Shown in pieces: positions 8,276 through 16,968 of a DNA stretch of 64,000 nt; position 1 is the first letter of the stretch; each line of letters begins with the position of its first letter. The stretch lies in the NCBI GenBank assembly GCA_046331325.1, contig JAXLRB010000002.1:73034-137033 (forward strand), written 5' to 3'. The DNA is from Vicinamibacterales bacterium (GTDB lineage Bacteria; Acidobacteriota; Vicinamibacteria; Vicinamibacterales; UBA2999). Made by a program: the position numbers and the translations under genes. The notes beneath the pieces are model-generated. The model worked only from the letters and a program-made list of their open reading frames with translations. It did not search any database and had not been told where the DNA came from.

Positions 8276-9514
8276 ATGCGCGCACGTCGTGTCGCATGCG
8301 TGGCGCTGGCCGTGGCGTTGACCGGGTGGTCCCGGCCGGCGGCGGCGCAGGCCGTGGATCAGGTGCAGGTACTTCAGCAACAGATCGAGCAGCTCCGGAA
8401 AGAGTTCGGCGATCGGATCGCCGCGCTCGAAGCGCAGCTCGCGGCCGTGCAGAACGCGCCGCCGCCGGCACCGATGCCACCGCCCGAACCCGTGGCCTCG
8501 CCAGCCGCGGCCGCGGTGTCGGGCGCGAAGGTGTTCAACCCCGACATGGCGATGATCGGCAACTTCCTCGGGGCCGCCGGGAAGAACGCCGTCAACCCGG
8601 CGCCGGCGCTGCAGATGTCCGAGTCGGAGCTGTCGCTGCAGGCGGTCGTCGACCCCTACGCGCGGGCCGACTTCTACCTGTCGTTCGGTGAGAGCGGCGT
8701 CGACCTGGAAGAAGGCTTCCTGACGTTCAACGAGCTGCCGGGCCGGCTGCTCGTGAAGGTGGGCAAGATGCGCGCGGCGTTCGGCAAGGTCAACACGATG
8801 CACACGCACGTGCTGCCCTGGGCCGATCGGCCGCTGGTCACCGCCAGCCTGATTGGCGGAGAGGAGGGGTTGTCGGATACGGGCGTGTCGGTGTCGCGCC
8901 TCATTCCCGCCGGATCGACGTTCCTCGAAGCCACCGGACAGGTGCTGCGCGGTGACGCCGGCGACAGCCTGTTCAAGAGCAGCACCCGCGCCGACCTCAG
9001 CTACGTCGGTCACCTGCGTGCCTATCATGACATCACCGAGTCGACCAACCTCGATCTCGGCGCGTCGTGGTCGCGCGGGCACAACGCCGCCGGTGTCGTC
9101 GGCGACGTCGACCTCGGCCGCTTCACCACCACGCTCTTCGGCGTCGACGCCACCGTGCACTGGCGGCCGCTGACGCGCGCGATCTACCGGCAGTTCATCG
9201 GCCGCACCGAGGTGGTGTGGAGCCGACGCGGCCAGTTCGACGGACGCCAGGACGCGCTGGGCTACTACGTGTCGGGCGATTACCAGTTCGCGCAGCGCTG
9301 GTTCGCCGGCGGGCGCTACGACCACACGGCACGCGCCGCCGACGCCACGCTGCACGACAGCGGCGGCTCGGCGGTGCTCACCTACCGGCCCAGCGAGTTC
9401 ACGCAGATCCGCGGGCAATACCGCCGCACGCTCTTCGGCGATGGTCCCACCGCCAACGAGCTGCTGTTCCAGGCGCAGTTCTCCATCGGGGCGCACGGCG
9501 CCCACGTGTTCTGA
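8276..9514 (+). CDS. outer-membrane beta-barrel protein/porin with N-terminal coiled coil
   Basis: ATG at 8276. It has a signal peptide, the coiled coil VDQVQVLQQQIEQLRKEFGDRIAALEAQLAAVQ, a Pro-rich linker and alternating beta-strand pattern. The C-terminus is ...SIGAHGAHVF (terminal Phe typical of OMPs). Confidence 0.65.
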   Translation: MRARRVACVALAVALTGWSRPAAAQAVDQVQVLQQQIEQLRKEFGDRIAALEAQLAAVQNAPPPAPMPPPEPVASPAAAAVSGAKVFNPDMAMIGNFLGAAGKNAVNPAPALQMSESELSLQAVVDPYARADFYLSFGESGVDLEEGFLTFNELPGRLLVKVGKMRAAFGKVNTMHTHVLPWADRPLVTASLIGGEEGLSDTGVSVSRLIPAGSTFLEATGQVLRGDAGDSLFKSSTRADLSYVGHLRAYHDITESTNLDLGASWSRGHNAAGVVGDVDLGRFTTTLFGVDATVHWRPLTRAIYRQFIGRTEVVWSRRGQFDGRQDALGYYVSGDYQFAQRWFAGGRYDHTARAADATLHDSGGSAVLTYRPSEFTQIRGQYRRTLFGDGPTANELLFQAQFSIGAHGAHVF

Positions 9515-9522
9515 GGCATCCC

Positions 9523-10455
9523 ATGTCGACCCGCACGATCGTCCGCATTGTCACGGCGCTGGCCGTTGCGCTGCCGCTCTCGGCCGCCGCGCAGAGCCAC
9601 CTCAACGTCGTCGCCACCACCGAGGACCTCGGCGCCCTCGCCCGCGAAGTGGGCGGCGACAAGGTCACGGTGACGGCGCTGGCCAAGGGCTATCAGGATC
9701 CGCACTTCGTGGATCCGAAGCCCAGCTTCATCCTGGCCGTGAGCCGCGCCGACCTGCTGATCGTCGTCGGCCGCGAGCTCGAGATCGGCTGGCTGCCGCC
9801 GCTGCTCACGAGCGGCAGGAACGCCAAGGTGCAGCCCGGCGGCGCCGGCTACCTCGACGCTTCGTCCAACGTGAAGATCCTCGACATCCCCACCGGGCAG
9901 ATCACGCGGGCGATGGGCGACGTGCATCCGCAGGGCAACCCGCACTACTGGCTCGAGCCGGGCAACGGCCGTCGCATCGCCGGCGAGATTCGCGACAAGC
10001 TCAGCGCGCTGATGCCGGCAAACGCCGCCTACTTCGCCAGCCGCTACCAGGACTTCGACCAGCGGCTGGCGGCGGCCGAGAAGCGCTGGGACGCCGTGAT
10101 GGCGCCCTACAAGGGCACGAAGATCGTCACGTATCACCGCTCGTGGCCCAACTTCACGGACCGCTTCGGCCTGAACGTGACGGGCTACGTGGAGCCGAAG
10201 CCCGGCATTCCGCCGTCTCCGTCGCACACGCTCGAACTGGTCGAGGACATGAAGGCGCAGGGCGTGAAGCTCATCGTCGTGGAGCCGTACTTCGATCCGA
10301 AGACGCCGCAGTCGGTCGCCACCCAGGTGGGCGGGCGCGTGCTGGTGCTGGCGCCGTCGGTGGGCGGCACGAAGGAGGCCACCGACTACATCCAGCTCTT
10401 CGAGTACGACGTGACCACGCTGGCGGCGGCGCTGAAACAGGTCACCGGGAAGTAG
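9523..10455 (+). CDS. metal ABC transporter substrate-binding protein (ZnuA/TroA cluster-9 family)
   Basis: ATG at 9523 inside track ORF 9067..10455. It has the signal peptide MSTRTIVRIVTALAVALPLSAAAQ, plus GYQDPHF, DVHPQGNPHYW and YHRSWPNF His-containing motifs. Confidence 0.85.
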   Translation: MSTRTIVRIVTALAVALPLSAAAQSHLNVVATTEDLGALAREVGGDKVTVTALAKGYQDPHFVDPKPSFILAVSRADLLIVVGRELEIGWLPPLLTSGRNAKVQPGGAGYLDASSNVKILDIPTGQITRAMGDVHPQGNPHYWLEPGNGRRIAGEIRDKLSALMPANAAYFASRYQDFDQRLAAAEKRWDAVMAPYKGTKIVTYHRSWPNFTDRFGLNVTGYVEPKPGIPPSPSHTLELVEDMKAQGVKLIVVEPYFDPKTPQSVATQVGGRVLVLAPSVGGTKEATDYIQLFEYDVTTLAAALKQVTGK

Positions 10456-10459
10456 CGCC

Positions 10460-11284
10460 ATGGACTGGAGCATCCTGCAGTTCCTGGCGCCGGCCATCGC
10501 CGCCAGCCTGATCATCGCCGGCATCCACGCCTATCTCGGCCTGCACGTGGTCGAGCGCGGCGTGATCTTCGTGGACCTGTCGCTGGCGCAGATCGCCTCG
10601 CTCGGCGCGGCGATTGCCGTGTGGCAGGGCAGCGATCCGCACGATCCGTCGGTGTACTGGATCAGCCTCGGTTTCACGCTGATCGGCGCGTTCATCTTCG
10701 CGATGGTGAAGGGCCACGATGCCAAGATCCCGCAGGAGGCCATCATCGGCATCTCGTACGCGGTGGCGTCGGCGGCCGTGATCCTCACGCTGAGCAAGGC
10801 CACCGGCGAAGCCGAACACCTGCAGAGCATGCTGGTCGGCAACATCCTGTCGGTGCAGTGGCCCGAAGTGGGCCTCACCGCCGCCATCTACGCGGTGCTC
10901 GGCGCCTTCCACTACGCGTTCCGGAAGCGGTTCCTCGCCATCTCGATGGATCCGCACGGCGAGGCGGCGCGCGGCGTGCCGGTGCGTTTCTGGGATTTCC
11001 TGTTCTACGCGTCGTTCGGTCTGGTGGTGACGCGGTCGGTGGCCATCGCCGGCGTGCTGCTGGTGTTCTGCTACCTGATCGTGCCGTCGGTGGGCGGCAT
11101 GCTCTATTCGGGCCGCGTCGGCGTGCGCCTGGCCATCGGCTGGGTGATGGGCGTGGTGGTGTCGATGCTGGGGATGTACTTCTCGGTGCAGTTCGACCTG
11201 CCCACCGGCGCTGCGATCGTCTGCACGTTCGGCCTGGTGCTGGCGCTGATGGCCGTCGCGCGACCGGTGCTGCGCCGCGCCTGA
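10460..11284 (+). CDS. metal ABC transporter permease (ZnuB/TroC family)
   Basis: 274-aa polytopic ORF starting 4 nt after the binding-protein stop. The hydrophobic repeat pattern is typical of ABC-3 permeases. Confidence 0.85.
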   Translation: MDWSILQFLAPAIAASLIIAGIHAYLGLHVVERGVIFVDLSLAQIASLGAAIAVWQGSDPHDPSVYWISLGFTLIGAFIFAMVKGHDAKIPQEAIIGISYAVASAAVILTLSKATGEAEHLQSMLVGNILSVQWPEVGLTAAIYAVLGAFHYAFRKRFLAISMDPHGEAARGVPVRFWDFLFYASFGLVVTRSVAIAGVLLVFCYLIVPSVGGMLYSGRVGVRLAIGWVMGVVVSMLGMYFSVQFDLPTGAAIVCTFGLVLALMAVARPVLRRA

Positions 11285-11298
11285 CCCGAACACGACAC

Positions 11299-11323
11299 GA
11301 GGCCCCGTGATGTCCGGGGCCTC
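11299..11323. terminator. bidirectional hairpin terminator
   Basis: GAGGCCCCG-TGATGT-CGGGGCCTC followed by GGTGTTGG, between the convergent permease and amidohydrolase genes. Confidence 0.6.
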
Positions 11324-11396
11324 GGTGTTGGTGGTGGCGCGGGGCGCTTCTTAGGTGGCGTTGGGATTCGGCACCGCCGGCGTGGAATTGCCGGTG

Positions 11397-12770
11397 CTAC
11401 GGCGCCGGCTGCTTGAAGCTGGCGCGCAGCGCGTCGCGATCGAGGCGGGCGCCGTCGAGGTACACGTCGGCGATCCGGCGCGTGTTCCTGATCTGCTCGA
11501 GCGGATTGGCGTCGAGCACGACGAAGCTGGCGCGCCTGCCGGTGGTGAGGGCCCCGAGGTCCGTGAGGCCCATCAGCTCCGCGGGCCGGCTGGTGGCCGC
11601 CACGATGGCCTCGGCGGGCGACATGCCGAGCTGCACCCAGCGGGCGATCTCGACGTGCTCACCCGAGCCGAAGGTGTGCCCGGGCTCGATGCCGGTGTCG
11701 GTGGCGAGCACCACACGGGCGCCGGCCGCCAGCATGCGCGGGAAGTTGATGGCCATCTGGCGTTCGCGCTCGGCGGCGCTGGCGGCGGGCGGGCCGCAGC
11801 TCGGCGCCAGCGGCTTGCGTTCGACGGTGGCGCGAATCCGCGCGATCGTCACGTCGGGCATCGCCTGCTCGAAGAACGGATCGGGCTGGCAGACCTCGGT
11901 GGGATCGCCGAGGCCGATCACCGTGGCCCAGTACGGCTTCTTCGCGCGGATCATCGCGAGGAACTCGTCGTCGAGGGGCTCGCGCTGCACCATGTGCACC
12001 AGCACGTCGGTGCCGGCGTCGACGACGAACTTCTGGTCGGCGAGATCGATGGCGTGGGTGTGCAGCCGCATCTTCTGCGTGTGCGCCTCGTCGAGGATGG
12101 CGAGGTAGACCTGGCGGTCGAGCTTCGGATAGGTGCCGCGCCGATCGTCGAACCACGCCTTCACGGCGCGCACGCCACGCGCCGCGAGCCGCTGGACGAT
12201 GGCGCGCGCCTCGGCCGGTGTCGTCACCTCGTTCACCGCCTTCGTCTCGGCGGTCGCCACGCGCAGCACGGCATCGGGGCCGCCGCCGGGCGGCGCGAAT
12301 CCCGGCAGGAACAGCAGCCGCGCGGCCGGCGGGTAGCGGCCGGCCGCCTGCTCGCGCTGCACGAGCAGCATCTGGTCGATGGGGCTCGTGCCGACCGACG
12401 TGGCGGCGGCCGTGCCGTAGAACGCCTCGCGCTGCAGGTGGTCGACGACGTTCGCAGGCGTGTGATTGCCGGCCTGCCACGAGGTGTACTTCTCGTAGCC
12501 GATGTGCACGTGCACGTTGACCATCGCCGGCATGAGCGTCTTGCCGGTGAGGTCGACGCGCGCGGCGCCCGGCGGAATCACGACGGTGCTCGCGGCGCCG
12601 GCGGCGACGATGCGTCCGTCGCGGACGACCAGCACGCCGCGTTCGATCGCCGGTTCCGGCAGGCCGGTGATGAGGCGGGCGCCCACGTAGGCCGTGGTCG
12701 CCGGTCCCTGCGCCGCGGCCAGGCCGCTCAGGGCCACCGCAAGTGCCGCCACGCGCGTGCGCTCGAACAT
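11397..12770 (-). CDS. secreted amidohydrolase-family metallohydrolase
   Basis: Start MFERTRVAALAVALSGLAAAQ at 12770, preceded by GGGAGG. It has a VNVHVHIGYE (HxH) metal motif. The track ORF start at 12857 is over-extended. Confidence 0.8.
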   Translation of the reverse strand: MFERTRVAALAVALSGLAAAQGPATTAYVGARLITGLPEPAIERGVLVVRDGRIVAAGAASTVVIPPGAARVDLTGKTLMPAMVNVHVHIGYEKYTSWQAGNHTPANVVDHLQREAFYGTAAATSVGTSPIDQMLLVQREQAAGRYPPAARLLFLPGFAPPGGGPDAVLRVATAETKAVNEVTTPAEARAIVQRLAARGVRAVKAWFDDRRGTYPKLDRQVYLAILDEAHTQKMRLHTHAIDLADQKFVVDAGTDVLVHMVQREPLDDEFLAMIRAKKPYWATVIGLGDPTEVCQPDPFFEQAMPDVTIARIRATVERKPLAPSCGPPAASAAERERQMAINFPRMLAAGARVVLATDTGIEPGHTFGSGEHVEIARWVQLGMSPAEAIVAATSRPAELMGLTDLGALTTGRRASFVVLDANPLEQIRNTRRIADVYLDGARLDRDALRASFKQPAP

Positions 12771-12868
12771 CCGGACCTCCCGCGACTGGCCGCCTGGGTG
12801 ACGGGCGCACGGATGATACCCGACGGGCGGCGCGGGAGGCGTAGAATCCCACGCCACGAGGTCCCGCC

Positions 12869-14800
12869 ATGCGTCATCGCCGACCGTTCGCCGTCCTCAT
12901 CGTCGTTCTCGCGCTCGCCCTGCCGGCGGCCGTCCGCCCGGCCCTCCACGCGCAATCCGCCGCCTCGTACGAGATCCTCGCCGCCCGCACCGTCATGGTG
13001 CCCGCGCGCGACGGCGTGACGCTCGGCACCGACATCTATCGGCCGGCGAAGAACGGGCTGGCGGTGGACGGCCGGTTCCCGACGATTCTGCAGCGCACGC
13101 CCTACAACAAGGATCGCGACGTGGCGCTGGCCGAGTACTTCGTGCCGCGCGGCTACGTGGTGATCATCCAGGACGTGCGCGGACGGTACACGTCGGGCGG
13201 GCACTGGCGGCCCATCGCCGACGACGTGAACGACGGCGCCGACACCACGGCGTGGATCATCCGTCAGCCGTGGAGTGACGGCGGCGTCGGCACGGTGGGC
13301 ACCTCGTACGCCGGCGCCACCCAGCATGCGCTGGCGATCGGCAATGCCCCCGGGTTGAAGACCATGATTCCCGTGGACGCCATGTCGAACACGGGGCACT
13401 ACGGCGTGCGGCACAACGGCGCGTTCGAGCTGCGGTTCCTGAACTGGGTCTACACGACCGGCAACGCGGCCGGCACGCCGTACGATCTGCTGGCGGCACG
13501 GCGCGCCGCCGAGCCGCCCGAGGCGGCGGCGGCGCTCGCCGACTTCGGCCGGCGCGTCCGCGAGTACGTGTGGTCGTTGCCCCTGCGGCCCGGCACCACG
13601 CCGCTCAAGTTCGCGCCCGACTACGAGAAGTGGCTCGTGGAGGCGATGAGCCACGGCGACTACGACGACTTCTGGAAGAACGCCGGGTCGAGCGTGGTGG
13701 ACCACGTCGCCGAATACAAGGACGTGCCGGTGTACCACATCACCGGCTGGTACGACACCTGGGGCACGCAGGTGGCGAACATGAACTTCGTGGAGCTGCG
13801 CAAGGCGAAGAAGAGCCTGCAGCGGCTCATCATCGGCCCGTGGACGCACGGCGGACAGGCCCGCGCGTTCGCCGGCGAGGCCGAGTTCACGAGCGACGCG
13901 GCCCTCGACTTCGACGCGTGGCGTCTGCGATGGCTCGACCGCTGGCTGAAAGGCGTGCAGAACGGCATCGACCGCGAGCCGCCGGTGCGCGTCTACGTGA
14001 TGGGGTCGGGCGAGCCGCACCGCACGAAGGACGGCCGCCTGTTCGTGGGCGGGCGCTGGCGCGACGAGCAGGAATGGCCGCTGGCCCGCACGCAGTACAC
14101 GCCGTACTACCTGCAGCCCGGTGGCGGCCTGTCGCCGGAGAAGCCGCGCGAATCGACGCCCACGAAGTACGTGTTCGATCCGCGGAATCCGGTGCCGACG
14201 CTCGGCGGCAACATCTCGTCCGAGGGCACCTTGATGTTCCAGGGCGCCGCCGACCAGAAGTGCCGCGCCGACTTCTGGCTGTGTCACGACACGCGGCCGC
14301 TCTCGGCGCGCAACGACGTGCTGGTGTTCCAGACCGGCCCGCTCGATCGCGACGTGGAGGTCACCGGCCGGCTGGTCGTGAAACTCTTCGCGGCCTCGAA
14401 CGCGCCCGACACCGACTTCACGGCGAAGCTCATCGACGTCTATCCGCCGAACCACGATTACCCGAACGGCGTCGACCTCAACATCGGCGACAGCATCGTG
14501 CGCGCCCGCTATCGCAACGGCGCCGGCAAGGCCGCGGGTCCGCTCACGCCGGGTCAGCCGGCCGAGTTCACGATCGAGATGTATCCGACCTCGCTGGTGT
14601 TCCGGAAGGGCCACCGGATTCGTCTCGACATCTCGAGCAGCAACTTCCCGCGCTTCGACGTGAACCCGAACACCGGCGAGCCGCTGAACGACAACCGCCG
14701 CTGGCAGATCGCGGAGAACGCGGTGTACCACGACCCGGCGCATGCCTCGCACATCCTGCTGCCGGTGATTCCCGCCGGTGGCACGTCGTCGGGGCGGTAA
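12869..14800 (+). CDS. CocE/NonD-family hydrolase (X-Pro dipeptidyl-peptidase S15-like)
   Basis: 643-aa ORF with a signal peptide, a GTSYAG (GxSxxG) nucleophile elbow and a C-terminal beta-sandwich region typical of the family. Confidence 0.8.
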   Translation: MRHRRPFAVLIVVLALALPAAVRPALHAQSAASYEILAARTVMVPARDGVTLGTDIYRPAKNGLAVDGRFPTILQRTPYNKDRDVALAEYFVPRGYVVIIQDVRGRYTSGGHWRPIADDVNDGADTTAWIIRQPWSDGGVGTVGTSYAGATQHALAIGNAPGLKTMIPVDAMSNTGHYGVRHNGAFELRFLNWVYTTGNAAGTPYDLLAARRAAEPPEAAAALADFGRRVREYVWSLPLRPGTTPLKFAPDYEKWLVEAMSHGDYDDFWKNAGSSVVDHVAEYKDVPVYHITGWYDTWGTQVANMNFVELRKAKKSLQRLIIGPWTHGGQARAFAGEAEFTSDAALDFDAWRLRWLDRWLKGVQNGIDREPPVRVYVMGSGEPHRTKDGRLFVGGRWRDEQEWPLARTQYTPYYLQPGGGLSPEKPRESTPTKYVFDPRNPVPTLGGNISSEGTLMFQGAADQKCRADFWLCHDTRPLSARNDVLVFQTGPLDRDVEVTGRLVVKLFAASNAPDTDFTAKLIDVYPPNHDYPNGVDLNIGDSIVRARYRNGAGKAAGPLTPGQPAEFTIEMYPTSLVFRKGHRIRLDISSSNFPRFDVNPNTGEPLNDNRRWQIAENAVYHDPAHASHILLPVIPAGGTSSGR

Positions 14801-14854
14801 GGGTCACCCGGGAAGAGGCCCCGCGGCGTCTCGGATGCGCTGCACGTGAGGGAT

Positions 14855-14874
14855 GCCTCGTCGGCGGACGAGGC
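14855..14874. terminator. perfect 8-bp hairpin between convergent genes
   Basis: GCCTCGTC-GGCG-GACGAGGC. No U-tract. Confidence 0.4.
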
Positions 14875-14891
14875 GAGGCCGCGTGCGTGGG

Positions 14892-15503
14892 TCAGGGCAA
14901 CGTCCAGCCAGGTGGTCCCGGGATCGTGCGCTGGTGGTGGAACGTGTACTCACCGATCACGCGTTCCACGCCGCCGTCCTCCACGGCCAGCAGACGCGCC
15001 ACCATCGAGACGGTCGGCGACTGCTTCGCCCAGGTGATCGACTGCTGACACACGACGTCGACGGCGCCAGGGCGCACGAGGATGTCCGGCATCCGCTGGT
15101 GCTCGACGCCACCGAGATCGCACCAGCTCAGGTCGATGCGAGCGGCACCCGTCAGGTCGGCCGCCAGCCGCGCCACCAGCACGTCGTCCTGCGCGGAGAC
15201 CGTGCAGGCCACGCCGTCGCCCGGCCGTGGCGCGTACTCGCGCACCCGCAGGCCATCCTGCCGGACCCGGGCGAGGCGCTCGTCGTCGATGATCACCTGC
15301 AGCTCGCCCGATCGCGCCAGGGTGCGCAGCCCCTCGGCCAGCGCGATCGTGTCGCGCAGACGGTCGCCGCAGGCGTCGCACGTCATCAGGTGCGTTTCGA
15401 CCATCGACTCGTCGGCCGGCGTCAGCAACGCGAGCCAGTAGTCCATCAGCACCGTCGCATCGAGGAGCGGCGTGCCGTCGGCGTGATATTCGTGCGACGT
15501 CAT
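14892..15503 (-). CDS. zinc-binding (ZAS-type) anti-sigma factor, no TM segment
   Basis: ETHLMTCDAC matches the HxxxCxxC motif. ATGA overlap with the upstream ECF sigma gene. About 140 aa of additional soluble C-terminal domain. Confidence 0.7.
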   Translation of the reverse strand: MTSHEYHADGTPLLDATVLMDYWLALLTPADESMVETHLMTCDACGDRLRDTIALAEGLRTLARSGELQVIIDDERLARVRQDGLRVREYAPRPGDGVACTVSAQDDVLVARLAADLTGAARIDLSWCDLGGVEHQRMPDILVRPGAVDVVCQQSITWAKQSPTVSMVARLLAVEDGGVERVIGEYTFHHQRTIPGPPGWTLP

Positions 15504-16039
15504 CAGGCGCCCTCCATGCAGGCCCGGAGCTGACGGATGGCGCGGTGGCGGATGACGCGCACGTTCGCCTCCGATGTGCCGAGCCGCGCCGCCGTGTCAG
15601 CGGCGCTTCGCTCGTCGTAGAACGCCATCACGATCACCGAGCGTTCGCGTTCGCTGAGACCCTGGACGCAACGCGCGAGGCGCGCGTCGTCCAGTCGCGG
15701 TGGCGCCGGCGCCGCCGGCACGAGGCTGCTGCCGAAGGTCGACAGCAGGGTGTCCTGGCGGCGTTCGGTGCGACGCTGTTCGCGCACCGTCATCCGGCAC
15801 GTGCCGAGCACGAACGCCGCCAGCTTGTCGTGGTCGCGCAGCCGCGCCGCCCGCAGCGCTCCGAGCACGCTGACGAGCACGTGCTGCACGAGGTCGTCGG
15901 CGGCCGCCGCCGACCGCAGGTGGCGCAGGCCGTAGAGACGGATTCGCGGGGCCATGCGCCGGCAGAATTCGGCCTCGGCGTCGCGGTCGCCCTCGGCGAC
16001 GCGCTCCGCGAGCGCGGCGTCGTCCAGCCCGACGGTCAT
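15503..16039 (-). CDS. ECF-type RNA polymerase sigma-70 family factor
   Basis: 178-aa ORF with region 2 (DDLVQHVLVSV) and a region 4 HTH (ADTAARLGTSEANVRVIRHRAIRQLR). Confidence 0.85.
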   Translation of the reverse strand: MTVGLDDAALAERVAEGDRDAEAEFCRRMAPRIRLYGLRHLRSAAAADDLVQHVLVSVLGALRAARLRDHDKLAAFVLGTCRMTVREQRRTERRQDTLLSTFGSSLVPAAPAPPRLDDARLARCVQGLSERERSVIVMAFYDERSAADTAARLGTSEANVRVIRHRAIRQLRACMEGA

Positions 16040-16058
16040 CGGGCGACATTCTACGCGG

Positions 16059-16535
16059 TTACTCGGCGGATCGGGCCGGCAGCGGGCCGTGGATCTCGAT
16101 TTCGTACTCGGCGGCCACGGCCATCAGGCGGGCCAGATCGGGCGGCGCGGGCGCTGGTGCGCTGAGCTCCGCGATGAACCGCTCGAAGCCCCCCGGCGCG
16201 CAGAGCAGCATCATGCGCGCGGGCGCGTCGCCGACCACGGTGAAGCCGTGTGCCAGACCCCGGGGGCCGAACACGTAAGTGCCCGGACCGGCGGAGGTCC
16301 ACGCCCCGTCGCAGATGAAGTCGACGCGGCCTTCGAGCACGTAGAACGCCTCGTCTTCCCGGCGGTGCGTGTGGTACGGGGAGGCGAATCCCGGCGGCAT
16401 CGACAGATGCTCGACGAGTCCGAACGCACCGCCCGTCGACTCGGTGGTCGCCTTGAACTGCGTGGGCAGGCCAAGGAAGAAGACGGGCGCCGCGTCGGCG
16501 CGACTCACATGGAGGGGCAGCTGCGTGGTGATCAT
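16059..16535 (-). CDS. cupin-domain protein
   Basis: Start MITTQLPL at 16535 after GAGGAG. It has the cupin motifs PYHTHRREDEAFYVLEG and GPGTYVFGPRGLAHGF. The longer track ORF runs into the repeat region. Confidence 0.75.
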   Translation of the reverse strand: MITTQLPLHVSRADAAPVFFLGLPTQFKATTESTGGAFGLVEHLSMPPGFASPYHTHRREDEAFYVLEGRVDFICDGAWTSAGPGTYVFGPRGLAHGFTVVGDAPARMMLLCAPGGFERFIAELSAPAPAPPDLARLMAVAAEYEIEIHGPLPARSAE

Positions 16536-16634
16536 CGGACACTCCTCATCGCTCGATCCGGCGTGCGCCGTGCACGCCGTCATCCACCATGTGGGGTGAC
16601 GAGGGGTTTCGTTACAGTCCGAACAGCGCGGGCG

Positions 16635-16790
16635 AGGGACGAGTGCCCGAAGACCGAGCGCGGAGCGCGAAGGTCGAGCACCTGAGTGGCCCCTTCCCAC
16701 CAACAGAAAAGGCCCCCCGAGCGGGGGAGTGATCTGCGTGGCTGGCGCCGGACTCGTGTCCGAAGGCCAAGCGCGAAGCGCGCCGGCCGA
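16635..16790. repeat. composite structured repeat, copy A (upstream of ADOP gene)
   Basis: Aligns over about 156 bp with 19401-19556. The last 55 nt (16736-16790) are identical to 19502-19556. It contains the hairpin-terminator CCCCCGAGCGGGGG preceded by AGAAAA. Confidence 0.85.
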
Positions 16791-16881
16791 CGTTGAGGGT
16801 CGTTCGAACCGGCCAGTTCCTACTCGGCTTGCAAATTCTTGCAAAGCGCACAAGCCCCGCAGAGCCCGAAAGTCGATTGCG

Positions 16882-16910
16882 TTGCCGTTGGTGAGTGTGT
16901 GGTCTATAAC
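16882..16910 (+). promoter_or_regulatory. candidate sigma-70 promoter of the ADOP permease gene
   Basis: TTGCCG-N17-TATAAC, 59 nt upstream of the ATG at 16969. Two TTGCAA palindromes lie further upstream at 16829-16844. Confidence 0.35.
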
Positions 16911-16968
16911 TCAGCGACGCCCGCCGACCTTGGGCGAAAAGCTCGACCAGAAAGGGGCAGCCCGAAGA

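Noticed and set aside
16612-16851. 79-87-aa ORFs inside the repeat blocks, also at 19300..19560 and 19383..19646 (minus strand).
   Set aside because: They arise from the repeated GC-rich sequence and cross terminator hairpins. Their starts and ends are inconsistent between copies, and they lack SD sites.
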